Assembly: GCA_046074525.1 (NCBI GenBank)
Contig: JBJTOK010000079.1
Coordinates: forward strand, 9,894-73,893
Length of the DNA stretch: 64,000 nt
Direction of reading: 5' to 3'
From: Flavobacteriales bacterium
GTDB taxonomy: Bacteria > Bacteroidota > Bacteroidia > Flavobacteriales_C > GCA-002722245
The position numbers and the translations under genes are program-made. Position 1 is the stretch's first letter, and each line of letters begins with the position of its first letter. Below the pieces are notes generated by a model that ran no database searches, was not told where the DNA came from, and worked only from the letters and a program-made list of their open reading frames with translations. Positions 36,728-47,844 of the stretch are shown piece by piece.

Positions 36728-37286
36728 TCAAATCCAAAAGGGCTGATGGTACATCAATGTGCAATTCTTTTTTTTCTTCATCAATGCCTTCAATGAATTC
36801 TTCAACAAGGGGAATCAGGATTTCTTTTTTGTTGAGAGTCACTGTGATAAGGGTTTGTGCTGTTTGGTCGTTTACATCGGAAATATCACCGATGTAGCCT
36901 TTTTCCTTATCGAAAACCTTGTAGGATAAAATATCCTTCGGATTCCATTCTTCTTCCAGTTCAGGGAAATCGGCGGTGTTCAGGTACATTTTGAATTTCA
37001 AAAGTCCTGCAGCTTCTTTATCGGTATTGACGCCTTCAAATTTAATCACGCCTTTTTCTTCGTTCAGTGAAACCCGCTCCACTTTATATTCGGCCAGGTG
37101 TTTGCCTATCAGGAGCTGCACCGCTTTTATAGATTCGGTGTCTTCAATAAAGGTTTCTACCTTAAAATGGATTTCTCCCTTAAAGCCTTTGAGTTTGGTT
37201 AAAACCCCGAAATAAAATGTGTCGCCAGTCTGCATGTAATTGAATTTCCTCCGAAAATACAAAAAGGAACGCAGCTGAATTAACAT
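36720..37286 (-). CDS. rimM: Ribosome maturation factor RimM. The real start is probably the internal ATG at 37235 (MQTGDTFYFGVLTKLKGFKGE).
   Basis: The RimM N-terminal pattern is G.L.K..G.KGE..., with a PRC-barrel-like C-terminus. It overlaps the trmN6 start by 8 nt. Confidence 0.75.
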   Translation of the reverse strand: MLIQLRSFLYFRRKFNYMQTGDTFYFGVLTKLKGFKGEIHFKVETFIEDTESIKAVQLLIGKHLAEYKVERVSLNEEKGVIKFEGVNTDKEAAGLLKFKMYLNTADFPELEEEWNPKDILSYKVFDKEKGYIGDISDVNDQTAQTLITVTLNKKEILIPLVEEFIEGIDEEKKELHIDVPSALLDLNE

Positions 37287-37364
37287 TGATTGTTTGATTT
37301 TTATTTGATCCTCCGGATTTTCGGGGAAGCATTAATACTTACCTTGATCGTGTAAAATTATCTT

Positions 37365-38852
37365 ATGAACGAATCCCTGATCCTTGTCATTATTGTTGCC
37401 TACTTTGCCGTGTTGATACTGATGTCGTACCTCACCAGTCGAGGCGCCGATACCAATAGTTTTTTTGTTGGTAATAAAGAATCGAAATGGTATATAGTGG
37501 CTTTTGGAATGATAGGAGCATCACTATCAGGAGTGACTTTCATTTCTGTTCCGGGTGGAGTAGAAGCCAATCAATTTGCCTACATGCAAATTGTATTCGG
37601 ATATCTCGTTGGTTATCTTGTGGTGGCTTATGTGTTGTTGCCGATTTACTACCGGATGAACCTGATTTCTATTTATGGATATCTGGAAAACAGGTTTGGG
37701 TTCTGGACTTATAAAACCGGTGCATCGCTTTTTTTAGTATCGCGTATTTTTGGCGCTTCTATTCGTCTATTGCTGGCGGCAACGGTGTTTCATGCTTTTA
37801 TTTTTGAAAAGTGGGGCATTCCTTTTTCGGTGACGGTATTTTTATCCATTGCCTTTATTTGGGTGTGTACTTTTAAGGGAGGAATTAAAACTATTGTTTG
37901 GACCGACACCTTGCAAACGGCGTTCATGCTGTTGTCGTTGGGTATTACAATTTACCTGATTTCTGATGCTTTGGATTTTGGGCAGCAGGGGGGATTGGCA
38001 TCAGTTATTTCAGAAAGTAAGTATTCCAGAATTTTCTTTTTTGATGATTGGACTGCCGGCAATTACTTCTGGAAGCAGTTTATTACGGGAATGTTCATTA
38101 CCATAGGCATGACTGGTCTGGATCAGGATCTGATGCAAAAGAACCTGAGTTGTAAAAACATTAAAGACGCACAAAAAAACATGGTGTCGTTTGCTTTTAT
38201 TGTCACCTTTGTCAATCTGATATTTCTAGTGCTGGGCGCTGCTTTGTTTATGTATGCTGCTAAAAACGGAATTGATGTCCCGGTGACTGATGGCAAAGCA
38301 AGAACCGATTTGCTTTTCCCGACCATGGCCCTTAGCGGAACTTTTCCAGCGGTAGTGGGTGTGTTTTTTATTTTGGGTTTGTTTGCGGCCACTTATGCCA
38401 GTGCTGACTCGGCATTGGCAAGTTTAACCACTTCCTTCTGCGTGGATTTTTTAGGCATTCGAAAGATGGAGGAGGCACAGCAAAAGAAGTGGAAGGACAG
38501 GGTTCATGTTGCCATGTCGGGAATATTACTGATGGTAATTCTTATTCTTGATGCTTTTGTAGACAGCAGCGCCATTCAGCAAATTCTCACTTTTGCCGGT
38601 TTTACTTACGGTCCGCTGATTGGCATTTTTGCCTTTGGCATTTTCACAAAGAGAGTGTTGAAGGTTGAATACTATTCTTTGGTTATTGCTATTGCCGCCT
38701 TTAGTATTTCGCTCACGATTCACTTGCTCTCAAATTCGGATAACTTTTTTGGTATTAAGGTTGGAAGTGAGTTGATTGTGTATAATTCACTGATCACCAT
38801 TTTGCTGATGTGGGTGGTGTCGGAGAAGAGGAATGAGGTTGTGGTTCAATAA
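37365..38852 (+). CDS. Sodium:solute symporter (SSS) family transporter.
   Basis: The protein is 495 aa with multiple TM helices. The N-terminus is (MNESLILVIIVAYFAVLILMSYLTSRGADTNSFFVGNKE...), typical of the SSS family. Confidence 0.8.
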   Translation: MNESLILVIIVAYFAVLILMSYLTSRGADTNSFFVGNKESKWYIVAFGMIGASLSGVTFISVPGGVEANQFAYMQIVFGYLVGYLVVAYVLLPIYYRMNLISIYGYLENRFGFWTYKTGASLFLVSRIFGASIRLLLAATVFHAFIFEKWGIPFSVTVFLSIAFIWVCTFKGGIKTIVWTDTLQTAFMLLSLGITIYLISDALDFGQQGGLASVISESKYSRIFFFDDWTAGNYFWKQFITGMFITIGMTGLDQDLMQKNLSCKNIKDAQKNMVSFAFIVTFVNLIFLVLGAALFMYAAKNGIDVPVTDGKARTDLLFPTMALSGTFPAVVGVFFILGLFAATYASADSALASLTTSFCVDFLGIRKMEEAQQKKWKDRVHVAMSGILLMVILILDAFVDSSAIQQILTFAGFTYGPLIGIFAFGIFTKRVLKVEYYSLVIAIAAFSISLTIHLLSNSDNFFGIKVGSELIVYNSLITILLMWVVSEKRNEVVVQ

Positions 38853-38943
38853 GCTTTCTTCTTTTTAAAAGAAGAAGGAATTAACGATCAAAAAATCGCA
38901 ATGATATAAGGAGGAAATTTTCTAAATGATTGTTCAGCAAGAA

Positions 38944-40545
38944 TTACTGCACCCATTTCTGTCCTGAAATCATCAATGCTTCCTGCACTGTGATTCTGGT
39001 GCCTTTGTTGTACGCGGTTACAAACGGACCAACAACTTTATTTTCAGTCTTCACCACTTCGCGGTGGTCACGGGCATCTTTGTAAACCGTAAATTCGCCT
39101 ACCACATACTTATGCCATCCTTCGTGCATCATGGTGTACACTTTTTCATTGATGTTGTTGTTCTGTTTGAAATACGCAACATCCACCTGTCTCTTGGTAG
39201 CGCAAATCTGAACACTGTAGTAGAGTCCCTGATTAGGATTGCTCGATCCAAAATCTCCTGAGCCAGCGCTGCCTGAAGAAGGAGATTTTTTAGTGTTGTC
39301 GGCTGTGTTGTTGTCCTTAATCACTTTTACAGAAGGAGTTTTATCATCTTTCTTAGGCTCTTTCTTTGGCGTTTGAGCTATAGGATCTTTCTTAGGTTCG
39401 TCTTTTTTGGGCTCATCCTTCTTTGGCTCATCCTTTTTGGGTTCGTCTTTCTTTGGTTCGTCTTTTTTAGTATCCACAATAGCAACAGGCTCTTCTGTGA
39501 TTTGATCCACCACAGTGATTTCGCTGTTGTTGAAAGCTATTTTTTTATTGGTGCCATCGCTTTCTTTCAAATAAGAGAAGAAACCTTCCACAGGGAATTT
39601 TCCTTTGGCATCACCAACATAAGTTATTTTGTATTTCACCCTGATTTCTTTTGAGGCAGGCATGGTCATCCAAAGGATTTTAACTTTGCCCTCCTGAAAA
39701 GAAAACACACCACCGAAAGCATCAACTTCTTCAGCAGTGAAGCCAGGAGGAAGGGTTTCCATGATTTTTGCAAAACCGGTAGTACTGCCTTTGTTGATCA
39801 CAAGATCAACCATGATAGAGCTGCCTTTCTTGATTTGTGTTCCCGATAAAATTCTTTTCACTTCAATACCATCAGCAGAAGCTACTGCATCATTTTGGTT
39901 GGTGGCAGTGTTAGAAGTTGCATTGTTTGTTGCAGTATTGGTTTGTGTTGAAGCATTGTTGTTGGTTGCTGTGTTTTGAGTTGTGCCTGTTGTGTTTTGG
40001 GTGTTGTTTTTTGCAGCACCGGTACCGGCGCTGTTGGTTGCAGTGCCTGTATTTGCAGCAGTACCTGTATTGTTTGCGGTATTTCCCGTGTTGGTTGGCG
40101 TCATGGCCACATCAGAAGGCGTACCAACAGTAATAATTTTTACTGGAGTGCTCGCTTCGTATTTTGTGCCTTGCAACACATAATGGAATTTTCCGGTGAG
40201 ATTGTAAGTGCCGTTCGTGCTAGGAAAACTTTTTACCTTGAATTTGATCTGGAATTGCGCTTCTGTAGGCAATGCCATCCAGATGATTTTCACCTGTTGC
40301 TGGGCAAAAGTGAAAGAACCTGATTTGCTGTCGATATTTTCTGCGGTGAATCCTACAGGTAGCTGCATCTGGAATTTAGCAAACTCCGTGATGCTCCCTT
40401 TTTTTATGTTTACCACAACTTCAAATGTTTCTCCCGGCTTGGCGGTTGCAGGCATCTGAGCATCTACGGTAACGGCATCTTCTGCAAAGTATCCCAGCAG
40501 GGATAAGAAGATAATGTTAATGTATACGAGTAGTCCTTTTATCAT
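38944..40545 (-). CDS. SPOR-domain (peptidoglycan-binding) protein with two N-terminal duplicated domains of about 130 aa each, an Asn/Thr-rich low-complexity linker and a (KKDEP)5 tandem repeat.
   Basis: The C-terminal SPOR pattern is YYSVQICATKRQVDVAYF...KYVVGEFTVYKDARDHREV. The two internal duplicated blocks are (..EFAKFQMQLPVGFTAENID.. / ..GFAKIMETLPPGFTAEEVD..). Confidence 0.7.
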   Translation of the reverse strand: MIKGLLVYINIIFLSLLGYFAEDAVTVDAQMPATAKPGETFEVVVNIKKGSITEFAKFQMQLPVGFTAENIDSKSGSFTFAQQQVKIIWMALPTEAQFQIKFKVKSFPSTNGTYNLTGKFHYVLQGTKYEASTPVKIITVGTPSDVAMTPTNTGNTANNTGTAANTGTATNSAGTGAAKNNTQNTTGTTQNTATNNNASTQTNTATNNATSNTATNQNDAVASADGIEVKRILSGTQIKKGSSIMVDLVINKGSTTGFAKIMETLPPGFTAEEVDAFGGVFSFQEGKVKILWMTMPASKEIRVKYKITYVGDAKGKFPVEGFFSYLKESDGTNKKIAFNNSEITVVDQITEEPVAIVDTKKDEPKKDEPKKDEPKKDEPKKDEPKKDPIAQTPKKEPKKDDKTPSVKVIKDNNTADNTKKSPSSGSAGSGDFGSSNPNQGLYYSVQICATKRQVDVAYFKQNNNINEKVYTMMHEGWHKYVVGEFTVYKDARDHREVVKTENKVVGPFVTAYNKGTRITVQEALMISGQKWVQ

Positions 40546-40725
40546 AAAAAGTATTCATCAATTGACACAAATCTATTTTAAATAGAAAGCGTCGGGGGAT
40601 GGGGCTACTCATTATTGCAAACACAGGCTTGTTAATAAGGGCTTGAAAATGTTGAAAAGATTCAGGGGGATTTCTTGCCTTGAATTAATTTGAAAAAAGA
40701 GAAAAGCTGGTGTGATTTTTCAGCG

Positions 40726-42039
40726 TTAATGCTCAAAGAAATAGTCAATGATTTTATGGACATCATTGAGTTTGATCTCGGTGGATCCGTCAAAAACCCT
40801 GTCGATTACCTTATAGATTTCATCAGAGCTAATAGAGCCATCGTTGTTAACATCGGCATAGGAATATGGCGTCTTCAATTTTGAATTGCTGTTTTTACTG
40901 TCGCTTTCTTCTACCTTGCTTCCTTGTTTGCACAGACTAGGATATACTGCGCAAATTATATCGTGATCCATTACAATGGAGTCGTTGTAAGCTGCCTGGA
41001 AAGTACTGTCGGTAATGGCCACACCGCTGTCGGTTACTACAGCATTTTTTGCCGATTCTTTTTCAGCATCCAGATAATCAGGAACACCGTCGCCATCTTT
41101 ATCAAGCGGACAGCCTTTATCGTCTACTTTGGTGCCTGCAGGAGTTCCAGCGCAAAGGTCGGCTTTATCCAAAACGCCATCAGCATCTTTGTCTGATTTT
41201 AGGAGAAGCGTCTCCATGTCAACATCATCGTATATTTGTTTGCTCTTGTCTTCCGGTGCTTTCTTCTGGAAGTTGAACTGGAGTCCGCCGGTAGCTGTCC
41301 AGAAAGCATCGCTGTTTGCTCCCGCGCTGAAATTATCAAGGAAATCGGTTTGGGTAATATAATACGTCCCATTCACAAAGAAATCCACATTTCTATGGAG
41401 TTGGAATTTTGATCCAATACCCACAGGAAAAATAAGAGCGCCTTTGCTGTAGTTGTTGTTAGGATCAGTCAGTTGGGTTTCGTAATTGAAATCTCTTTTC
41501 AGTATTTTGGAGAGAGGAATATTGGCTTGTGTTTCAGCAATATCACGTGTGCTTCCATCGCTCCAGTAGTAGTATTGCTGGTCATTTTCATCTTTAAGAT
41601 CCCCCATCGGGTTGAACATAAAATAACCAACACCACCAAAAATGTAGGGGCCGAATTTCCCGCTTTTAATCATGTATTTATTGTCAAGGTGAAATGCTAA
41701 TGTCAGATTGCCGCCCATTATCTGGGATTCGAAGTTGAGGTTACGAGTACCGCTTCTTTCGCTTTTGGAAACCTGACCGTAAAAACCGTTGAGGTTGGCG
41801 CTGAACATGGTTAAAAAGCGTTGGCTCGCAGAGAAAGTATAACCTAAGCGAAGATCATCTACTGTTCCTATTTTAGAGAAAACACCAACGTCGCCATCAA
41901 AATTGAAGGCGCCGGCACCGATGCCTATTTTAAAGAGATTGAAATTTACGGGAGCTTCTTCAACTACTGCAGAATCCTGGGCGCGTGAAATTAACGCGCC
42001 AAGAAAAAATAAAACTGTAATAGTCAATCGAATTTTCAT
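40726..42039 (-). CDS. Outer-membrane protein with an N-terminal beta-barrel-like region, thrombospondin type-3 (Ca-binding) repeats and a C-terminal EF-hand/dockerin-like motif.
   Basis: It has a signal peptide. The TSP3 repeats are DKDADGVLDKADLCAGTPAGTKVDDKGCPLDKDGDGVPDYLD. The EF-hand-like segment is DVNNDGSISSDEIYKVI. Confidence 0.55.
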   Translation of the reverse strand: MKIRLTITVLFFLGALISRAQDSAVVEEAPVNFNLFKIGIGAGAFNFDGDVGVFSKIGTVDDLRLGYTFSASQRFLTMFSANLNGFYGQVSKSERSGTRNLNFESQIMGGNLTLAFHLDNKYMIKSGKFGPYIFGGVGYFMFNPMGDLKDENDQQYYYWSDGSTRDIAETQANIPLSKILKRDFNYETQLTDPNNNYSKGALIFPVGIGSKFQLHRNVDFFVNGTYYITQTDFLDNFSAGANSDAFWTATGGLQFNFQKKAPEDKSKQIYDDVDMETLLLKSDKDADGVLDKADLCAGTPAGTKVDDKGCPLDKDGDGVPDYLDAEKESAKNAVVTDSGVAITDSTFQAAYNDSIVMDHDIICAVYPSLCKQGSKVEESDSKNSNSKLKTPYSYADVNNDGSISSDEIYKVIDRVFDGSTEIKLNDVHKIIDYFFEH

Positions 42040-42126
42040 AGAAAAAATTTGTCCCTTGAGCGAGCCTAATTTATAATTAATTTTTTACAAAAAACAGCTT
42101 TCAATTTGATATGCATCAACTTAAAA

Positions 42127-42891
42127 TTAGAAATTCGGTTTCAACAGATACTTGCCATAGAATTTATTGATTTCCGAAACGGCTTCTTCGGCTGTATCCA
42201 CAACGATGTATAAATCGAGGTCTTCCGCGCTAATGTTCTTTTCCGTGAGGAGAGTACTCTTAAACCATTCAATCAATCCACCCCAAAAACTTTTGCCTAC
42301 AAGGATGATCGGAAAGTGTCCGATTTTTTGTGTCTGAATTAAGGTGATCGCTTCAAAAAGTTCATCCAATGTTCCGAATCCTCCTGGAAGTACGATAAAA
42401 CCCTGAGCGTATTTTACGAACATTACTTTACGTACAAAGAAGTATTCGAAGTCGATGTTTTTGTCTTTATCTATAAAAGCATTAGAAGATTGTTCAAAAG
42501 GAAGGTCGATATTTAATCCGACTGAAATTCCACCTCCTTTATTTGCACCTTTATTTGCAGCTTCCATGATACCCGGACCACCACCGGTGATAACGCCGTA
42601 TCCATTTTGTGTAAGCTTAAAAGCGATTTCCTCCGCAAGCTGATAGTATTTGTTGTCGTTTGGAGTTCTCGCCGAACCGAATATAGAAACACAAGGGCCG
42701 ATTCGTGCGAGCTTATCGAATGCTTCAACAAATTCCGCCATGATCTTGAAAATAGCCCAGGAATCGTTTGTTTTAATTTCGTTCCACTTCTTTTTCTTGA
42801 AGGCTTCCCTTACTTTTTTTGCGTCGTTTTCTTTCATTATTTGATATATGTGGAATAAAGATAGTTGCTGTAAATTGCTTTTGAAGCTCAA
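42127..42891 (-). CDS. LOG family protein (TIGR00730 Rossmann-fold nucleotide-binding / cytokinin riboside 5'-monophosphate phosphoribohydrolase-like). The start is likely an internal Met (MKEND...).
   Basis: The motifs are GGGPGIMEAANKGA and PGGFGTLDELFE. Confidence 0.8.
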   Translation of the reverse strand: MSFKSNLQQLSLFHIYQIMKENDAKKVREAFKKKKWNEIKTNDSWAIFKIMAEFVEAFDKLARIGPCVSIFGSARTPNDNKYYQLAEEIAFKLTQNGYGVITGGGPGIMEAANKGANKGGGISVGLNIDLPFEQSSNAFIDKDKNIDFEYFFVRKVMFVKYAQGFIVLPGGFGTLDELFEAITLIQTQKIGHFPIILVGKSFWGGLIEWFKSTLLTEKNISAEDLDLYIVVDTAEEAVSEINKFYGKYLLKPNF

Positions 42892-42939
42892 CTATTTACG
42901 AAGTATTAAGAGTGCTTTGTTAATTGCGGGGGAATTATT

Positions 42940-45741
42940 TTACAATTCCTGCTTTAAAAAGGCGCCGGTAACGCTTTTCTTGTTTTTTGCCACTTGTTCG
43001 GGAGTGCCTTCGGCAACAATATTTCCTCCATTTTTTCCGCCTTCTGGTCCCATGTCGAAAATATAATCGGCAAGTTTTATTACATCGAGGTTGTGCTCAA
43101 TCACAAGAACAGTATTGCCCTTGTCGGCGAGTCGGTGCAAAATATCCGTAAGTATGCGAATGTCCTCAAAATGCAATCCTGTTGTAGGTTCATCAAGAAT
43201 ATAGAGGGTTTTCCCGGTGTCTTTTTTTGATAGCTCCGAAGCCAGCTTGATGCGCTGTGCCTCACCACCGGAGAGAGTAGTGGAGGGCTGGCCTAGATTA
43301 ATATAACCCAGTCCGACATCCTGAAGCGTTTTTAATTTGTGGTAAATTTTAGGATGGTTTTCGAAAAAATGAGTAGACTCATTTATAGAGAGATTCAAAA
43401 CATCGTTGATGTTTTTCCCTTTGTATTTCACGCGCAAGGTTTCGGCATTGAATCTTTTGCCCGAACAGGTTTCACATTGCACCAATACATCAGGAAGAAA
43501 ATTCATCTCCACTTTTTTTACACCTGCACCTTTGCATTCTTCACATCGTCCGCCTGAAATATTGAAGGAAAAACGGTTGGCTTTAAAGCCTTTGATTTTC
43601 GATTCGGGAAGCATTGCGTAAAGATTACGGATGTCGGTATAAACATCGGTATAGGTGGCAGGATTAGAGCGTGGTGTGCGGCCAATCGGTGACTGATCAA
43701 TTTGTATCACCTTGTCGATGTTCTCCAGTCCATCGATGGATTTGTAGGGCAATGCAATATTGCTACCCTTATTCACATACTGATTTACAGCAGGGTAAAG
43801 TGTTTCATTGATGAGCGTTGATTTCCCGCTGCCACTGAGTCCGGTGATACACACTAATTTCCCCAGCGGAAGATCGAGTGTTACATTTTTCAAGTTGTTG
43901 CCCGACGCACCTTTGATCGATAAAAATTTACCATTCCCTTTTCTTCTCGTTTTAGGAACCTCAATTTTTTTGATGCCCCTGAGATATTGAAAAGTAGTGG
44001 ATTCGGGATTGCTGAGTTTGGAGGGTATTGCGGCATCTATGATTTGTCCGCCGTGGATACCTGCTCCCGGCCCCACATCAATCACATAATCCGCTGCTTC
44101 AATCATCTCCTTATCGTGCTCCACCACTAAAATAGAGTTGCCTCCGTCGCGCAGTTTTTTCAAGGCAGAAATTAACTTGATGTTGTCTTTCTGATGGAGT
44201 CCGATACTCGGTTCATCTAAGATGTAAAGCACACCAACCAAATCGGAACCGATTTGTGAGGCGAGGCGTATGCGCTGACTCTCACCTCCCGACAGGCCTT
44301 TGGAGCCGCGGTTGAGGGTGAGGTAGTGCAAACCTATATCGACTAAAAATTCAGTTTTCCTTTTTATTTCCTTGATGATTTCACTGGCTATCCTAAGCTG
44401 GCTGTCGGATAATTTTTTGTTCAGCTGCGCTATCCACTGGTAAAAATCATCAATATCGAGATTCACCAGATCCTGCATCCCGCTGCCACCTACTTTAAAA
44501 TGTAGTGCGATTTTGTTGAGTCGTGCTCCGTTGCATACTTTACAAGTAATGTAATTAGAAAAAGTGCCCAGCCATTTCTCGGCGCCTTCCTGGTCGTCGG
44601 AAAGCTGTTCAAGCAAATTCAATATGCCCTGGAAGCCTTCCGGTTCACCATACAATATTTCATTCATCAGTTCTTCCGATAATTCTTTTACCGGAGTGAA
44701 GATGGTTGCATTGTGTTTCTGACAAAGATTTTCCAATTGCGTGAAAATCCAGTTATCACGGTGCTTGCCCAAAGGCAATAAAGCACCGCTTTTGATGGAC
44801 AGATTTTTATTGGGAATGATCTTGCTTTCATCGAGTTCGGGAATATTGCCCAAACCTTTGCAGTGCGGACAAGCTCCGTAAGGCGAGTTGAAGGAAAATA
44901 AATTCGGTTCAGGATCAGGATAGGAGAGTCCGGAAGTAGGACACATCAAATTCCTGCTGTAGTATTTTAGGTCGTCTGATTCGTGGATGCCGACCATCAA
45001 AATACCATTCCCCATTTTGAGGGCCGATTCAACGGAGCTTTTCAATCTGTCGCCAGGGTTGCTTGATAAATCCAGTCGGTCAATCACCACTTCAATATCA
45101 TGGATCTTATATCTGTCTACCTGAAAACCTTTAGTGAGCTCCACAATTTTTCCATCCACCCGCACTTTTAAATAGCCTTGTTTCAACAACTTTTCAAAGA
45201 GTTCGCGGTAGTGCCCCTTGCGGCCTTTGATGAGTGGGGCGTACAAAACAATTTTCTTGTTTTTGTAGGAGCTGCTTATTTTTTCAATGATCTGGCTGGT
45301 GGTGAAGCGAATCATTTCGTCACCGGTTTCATAGGAGTAAGCTGTGCCGGCACGTGCGAAAAGCAAACGCAGTAAGTCGTAAATTTCAGTGATGGTGCCG
45401 ACAGTGGATCGCGGACTTTTACTCGTTGTTTTTTGTTCAATGGAAACCACCGGACTCAATCCTTCGATACTATCTACATCCGGTTTCTCAAGATCACCGA
45501 GGTACTGTCGTGCATACACCGAAAAACTTTCAATGTATCTGCGCTGACCCTCGGCATAAATGGTGTCGAAAGCCAATGATGATTTCCCGCTGCCGCTCAA
45601 ACCTGTAATCACTACAAGTTCATCGCGCGGAATCTCAACGTTGATGTTTTTAAGATTATGTTCGCGTGCCCCAAAAACCTTAATATATTCTTTGGAAGTG
45701 CTCACTTTATTCTTTGCCTGAATTCGGAGCTGTGATATCAA
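42940..45741 (-). CDS. uvrA: Excinuclease ABC subunit A. The true start is probably near 45705 (GTG), which would remove the 35-nt overlap with the upstream gene.
   Basis: The N-terminus is [50 protein letters not shown]. There are two ABC modules and zinc-finger CxxC pairs. The length is 933 aa. Confidence 0.95.
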   Translation of the reverse strand: MISQLRIQAKNKVSTSKEYIKVFGAREHNLKNINVEIPRDELVVITGLSGSGKSSLAFDTIYAEGQRRYIESFSVYARQYLGDLEKPDVDSIEGLSPVVSIEQKTTSKSPRSTVGTITEIYDLLRLLFARAGTAYSYETGDEMIRFTTSQIIEKISSSYKNKKIVLYAPLIKGRKGHYRELFEKLLKQGYLKVRVDGKIVELTKGFQVDRYKIHDIEVVIDRLDLSSNPGDRLKSSVESALKMGNGILMVGIHESDDLKYYSRNLMCPTSGLSYPDPEPNLFSFNSPYGACPHCKGLGNIPELDESKIIPNKNLSIKSGALLPLGKHRDNWIFTQLENLCQKHNATIFTPVKELSEELMNEILYGEPEGFQGILNLLEQLSDDQEGAEKWLGTFSNYITCKVCNGARLNKIALHFKVGGSGMQDLVNLDIDDFYQWIAQLNKKLSDSQLRIASEIIKEIKRKTEFLVDIGLHYLTLNRGSKGLSGGESQRIRLASQIGSDLVGVLYILDEPSIGLHQKDNIKLISALKKLRDGGNSILVVEHDKEMIEAADYVIDVGPGAGIHGGQIIDAAIPSKLSNPESTTFQYLRGIKKIEVPKTRRKGNGKFLSIKGASGNNLKNVTLDLPLGKLVCITGLSGSGKSTLINETLYPAVNQYVNKGSNIALPYKSIDGLENIDKVIQIDQSPIGRTPRSNPATYTDVYTDIRNLYAMLPESKIKGFKANRFSFNISGGRCEECKGAGVKKVEMNFLPDVLVQCETCSGKRFNAETLRVKYKGKNINDVLNLSINESTHFFENHPKIYHKLKTLQDVGLGYINLGQPSTTLSGGEAQRIKLASELSKKDTGKTLYILDEPTTGLHFEDIRILTDILHRLADKGNTVLVIEHNLDVIKLADYIFDMGPEGGKNGGNIVAEGTPEQVAKNKKSVTGAFLKQEL

Positions 45742-46708
45742 TTACTGTTGAGTCGCTCACTAAAGGTACTGCTGCCGTGTCAGCAGCAGGAGCAAATAAC
45801 TCTTCATACTGGTAAATACCGCTTTTTGGTAGTTTAATAGTATAGCTTGTTCCCGGACGCACGGTGAGTCGTTTTTCACGCAGCCACGGGTTGAGCGTTT
45901 TCAGAATTTTGTAATTGGAATTTTTTGAAAGCGCGTATCTCATAAGATCGGGAATGGTGGAATCCACTTTCACTGAATATACATCGTAAGGAGGATAACC
46001 GTCGATGTTTTCAGGATCATAGCCATAGTATTTAGGGTTATTGAAAATCTCCTTGTAGGAAAGGATTCGAAAAACATACCTGGATGTTTCGGTATTGAGT
46101 AACAAGTCGTAGTAGCTGTTTACCCCCTGTTCTTCCATCTTGCTTGCCAGTCCGCCCATCCCCATGTTGTATGAAGCGGCGGCAGCAGTATAAGATTTGA
46201 ATTTTCGGTAAGCCGATCGGAAATATTTGCAGGCGGCGTGTGTAGATTTTTCTACATCGTAGCGGTCGTCCACTTCTTCACGGATTTCCATTCCGTACTC
46301 TTTTCCGGTACGTTCCATGATTTGCCAGAACCCCGTTGCACCGGCCGGACTCACTACATTCACCAGTCCGCTTTCAATAATGGCTACATATTTCAAATCA
46401 TCAGGCAAACCGTATTGTTTCAGGATGGGTTCAATCACAGGGAACCATCTTTTGGCTCTTTTGAAATACATAATGGTTTCCGATTGCCAGTAGGCGTTTT
46501 TCAGTATCTCCCTGTCGAAACGTTCACGGATATCATCACTCTGGAAAGGTACAGGCTCTCCACAAAAATTGATATCGGGAGAGATTTTAAAGTCTTTGAA
46601 AATAATCGTGAAAGGATATTTTTCAGCCTCTCTGGAAAAGGTGAAAAGCTCAATAACAACAAAGAGAACAGCAACAGTGCTAAATGCTATGAGTCCCTTT
46701 TTTTTCAT
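45707..46708 (-). CDS. Lytic transglycosylase (SLT domain) protein.
   Basis: It has a signal/TM N-terminus. The SLT motif is [24 protein letters not shown], followed by ..AASYNMG. Confidence 0.8.
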   Translation of the reverse strand: MKKKGLIAFSTVAVLFVVIELFTFSREAEKYPFTIIFKDFKISPDINFCGEPVPFQSDDIRERFDREILKNAYWQSETIMYFKRAKRWFPVIEPILKQYGLPDDLKYVAIIESGLVNVVSPAGATGFWQIMERTGKEYGMEIREEVDDRYDVEKSTHAACKYFRSAYRKFKSYTAAAASYNMGMGGLASKMEEQGVNSYYDLLLNTETSRYVFRILSYKEIFNNPKYYGYDPENIDGYPPYDVYSVKVDSTIPDLMRYALSKNSNYKILKTLNPWLREKRLTVRPGTSYTIKLPKSGIYQYEELFAPAADTAAVPLVSDSTVIDITAPNSGKE

Positions 46709-47799
46709 TTGTTTTCCTTTGCTTTAGGTGGTCTTTTTACTCGTGTAAGGTAATAAAGAATGGTGAATATTATTACACAATACGTACCAAAAAGGATGGT
46801 GGTGGTGGTGTTCCACTCTTTCACAAAATGGATGATATACACCGACAGGAACATGGAAACCAATGATATAGCGCAGAATACCAGAGCCACTTCGCGATCA
46901 CTGAGCCCGGCATAGGACAAGTGATGTGTGGTGTGGTCCTTACCGCCAACGAACGGACTTTGTTTCTTCAGCAAGCGATTGATAGTTACCGTGGTGGTAT
47001 CAACAATAGGGAGGATAAATACAGTTACTGCTGCCAGTATTTTTCTTGAAAACTCAAGGGGTTCTCCATCTCGGCCCTGGGCATTCCAGAAGAAGAGAAT
47101 ACCAATTGCAGCCAGCAGCACACCAAGGAACTGACTCCCTGTATCACCCATATACATGCGTGACGGATTCCAGTTGAAATAAAGGAAGCCGAGCAATGCA
47201 GCTACCTGTCCCAGACAAATAATAAAGAAAATATTCCCGAAGTCGCCGCTTACTACAAAAAGTACCAGGGTAGTAAGACAAACGAAGATGGATACTGAGG
47301 TAGTGATTGCATCCATGTTATCGAGCATGTTAATAGAGTTCATCATGCCTATCACCCAAAAAATAGTGAGGGCGATGTTGACGATATCATTATCGAATAG
47401 AGTGATTTTTGTATTGGTGATCACCAGGATCACTGCACAAAGTACCTGTCCCAAAAACTTCAGAAGTGGCTTGGTGTTGTAAGCATCATCGGCCAGTCCT
47501 ATCATAAAGCCCAATGAAACGGCGATAAGAATTCCCAGTACTTGTGTGTCAATAAGATTGTGTTTGAATGCAGCCAGGATAAAGGAAAAGAGGAAGAGGA
47601 TATAAAAGGAAATACCTCCAAATGCCGGTTTCGATGTGCTGCCCCAGCGAATAATGGTTTCATCATTGTTACTGTTACTGCTGTTTCTAATTCCCAGCGT
47701 TTTGGCAAACTTTAAGAAAAGTCCGTTGATCAGTGCAGAAAAGCCTATCAAGACAATGAAGAAACAGATGTAAAAAAGCAGTTCGTTGATTTTAAGCAT
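46705..47799 (-). CDS. Glycosyltransferase family 4 polyprenol-phosphate sugar-1-phosphate transferase (WecA/MraY-like initiating transferase of the polysaccharide locus).
   Basis: It is a multi-TM protein. Motifs ..GLADD.. and NSINMLDNMDAIT (NxxNxxDGxDG-like) are present. Confidence 0.75.
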   Translation of the reverse strand: MLKINELLFYICFFIVLIGFSALINGLFLKFAKTLGIRNSSNSNNDETIIRWGSTSKPAFGGISFYILFLFSFILAAFKHNLIDTQVLGILIAVSLGFMIGLADDAYNTKPLLKFLGQVLCAVILVITNTKITLFDNDIVNIALTIFWVIGMMNSINMLDNMDAITTSVSIFVCLTTLVLFVVSGDFGNIFFIICLGQVAALLGFLYFNWNPSRMYMGDTGSQFLGVLLAAIGILFFWNAQGRDGEPLEFSRKILAAVTVFILPIVDTTTVTINRLLKKQSPFVGGKDHTTHHLSYAGLSDREVALVFCAISLVSMFLSVYIIHFVKEWNTTTTILFGTYCVIIFTILYYLTRVKRPPKAKENK

Positions 47800-47844
47800 T
47801 ATCTACTGTTGGATTCTGAAATGCAAAAGTAAGATTTTACAATG

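Noticed and set aside
42940-45741. 35-nt overlap between uvrA and the upstream lytic transglycosylase gene as a possible translational coupling or unusual arrangement.
   Set aside because: Alignment to UvrA N-termini indicates the real start is about 12 codons downstream (GTG/ATG near 45705). The overlap is an artefact of longest-ORF calling.
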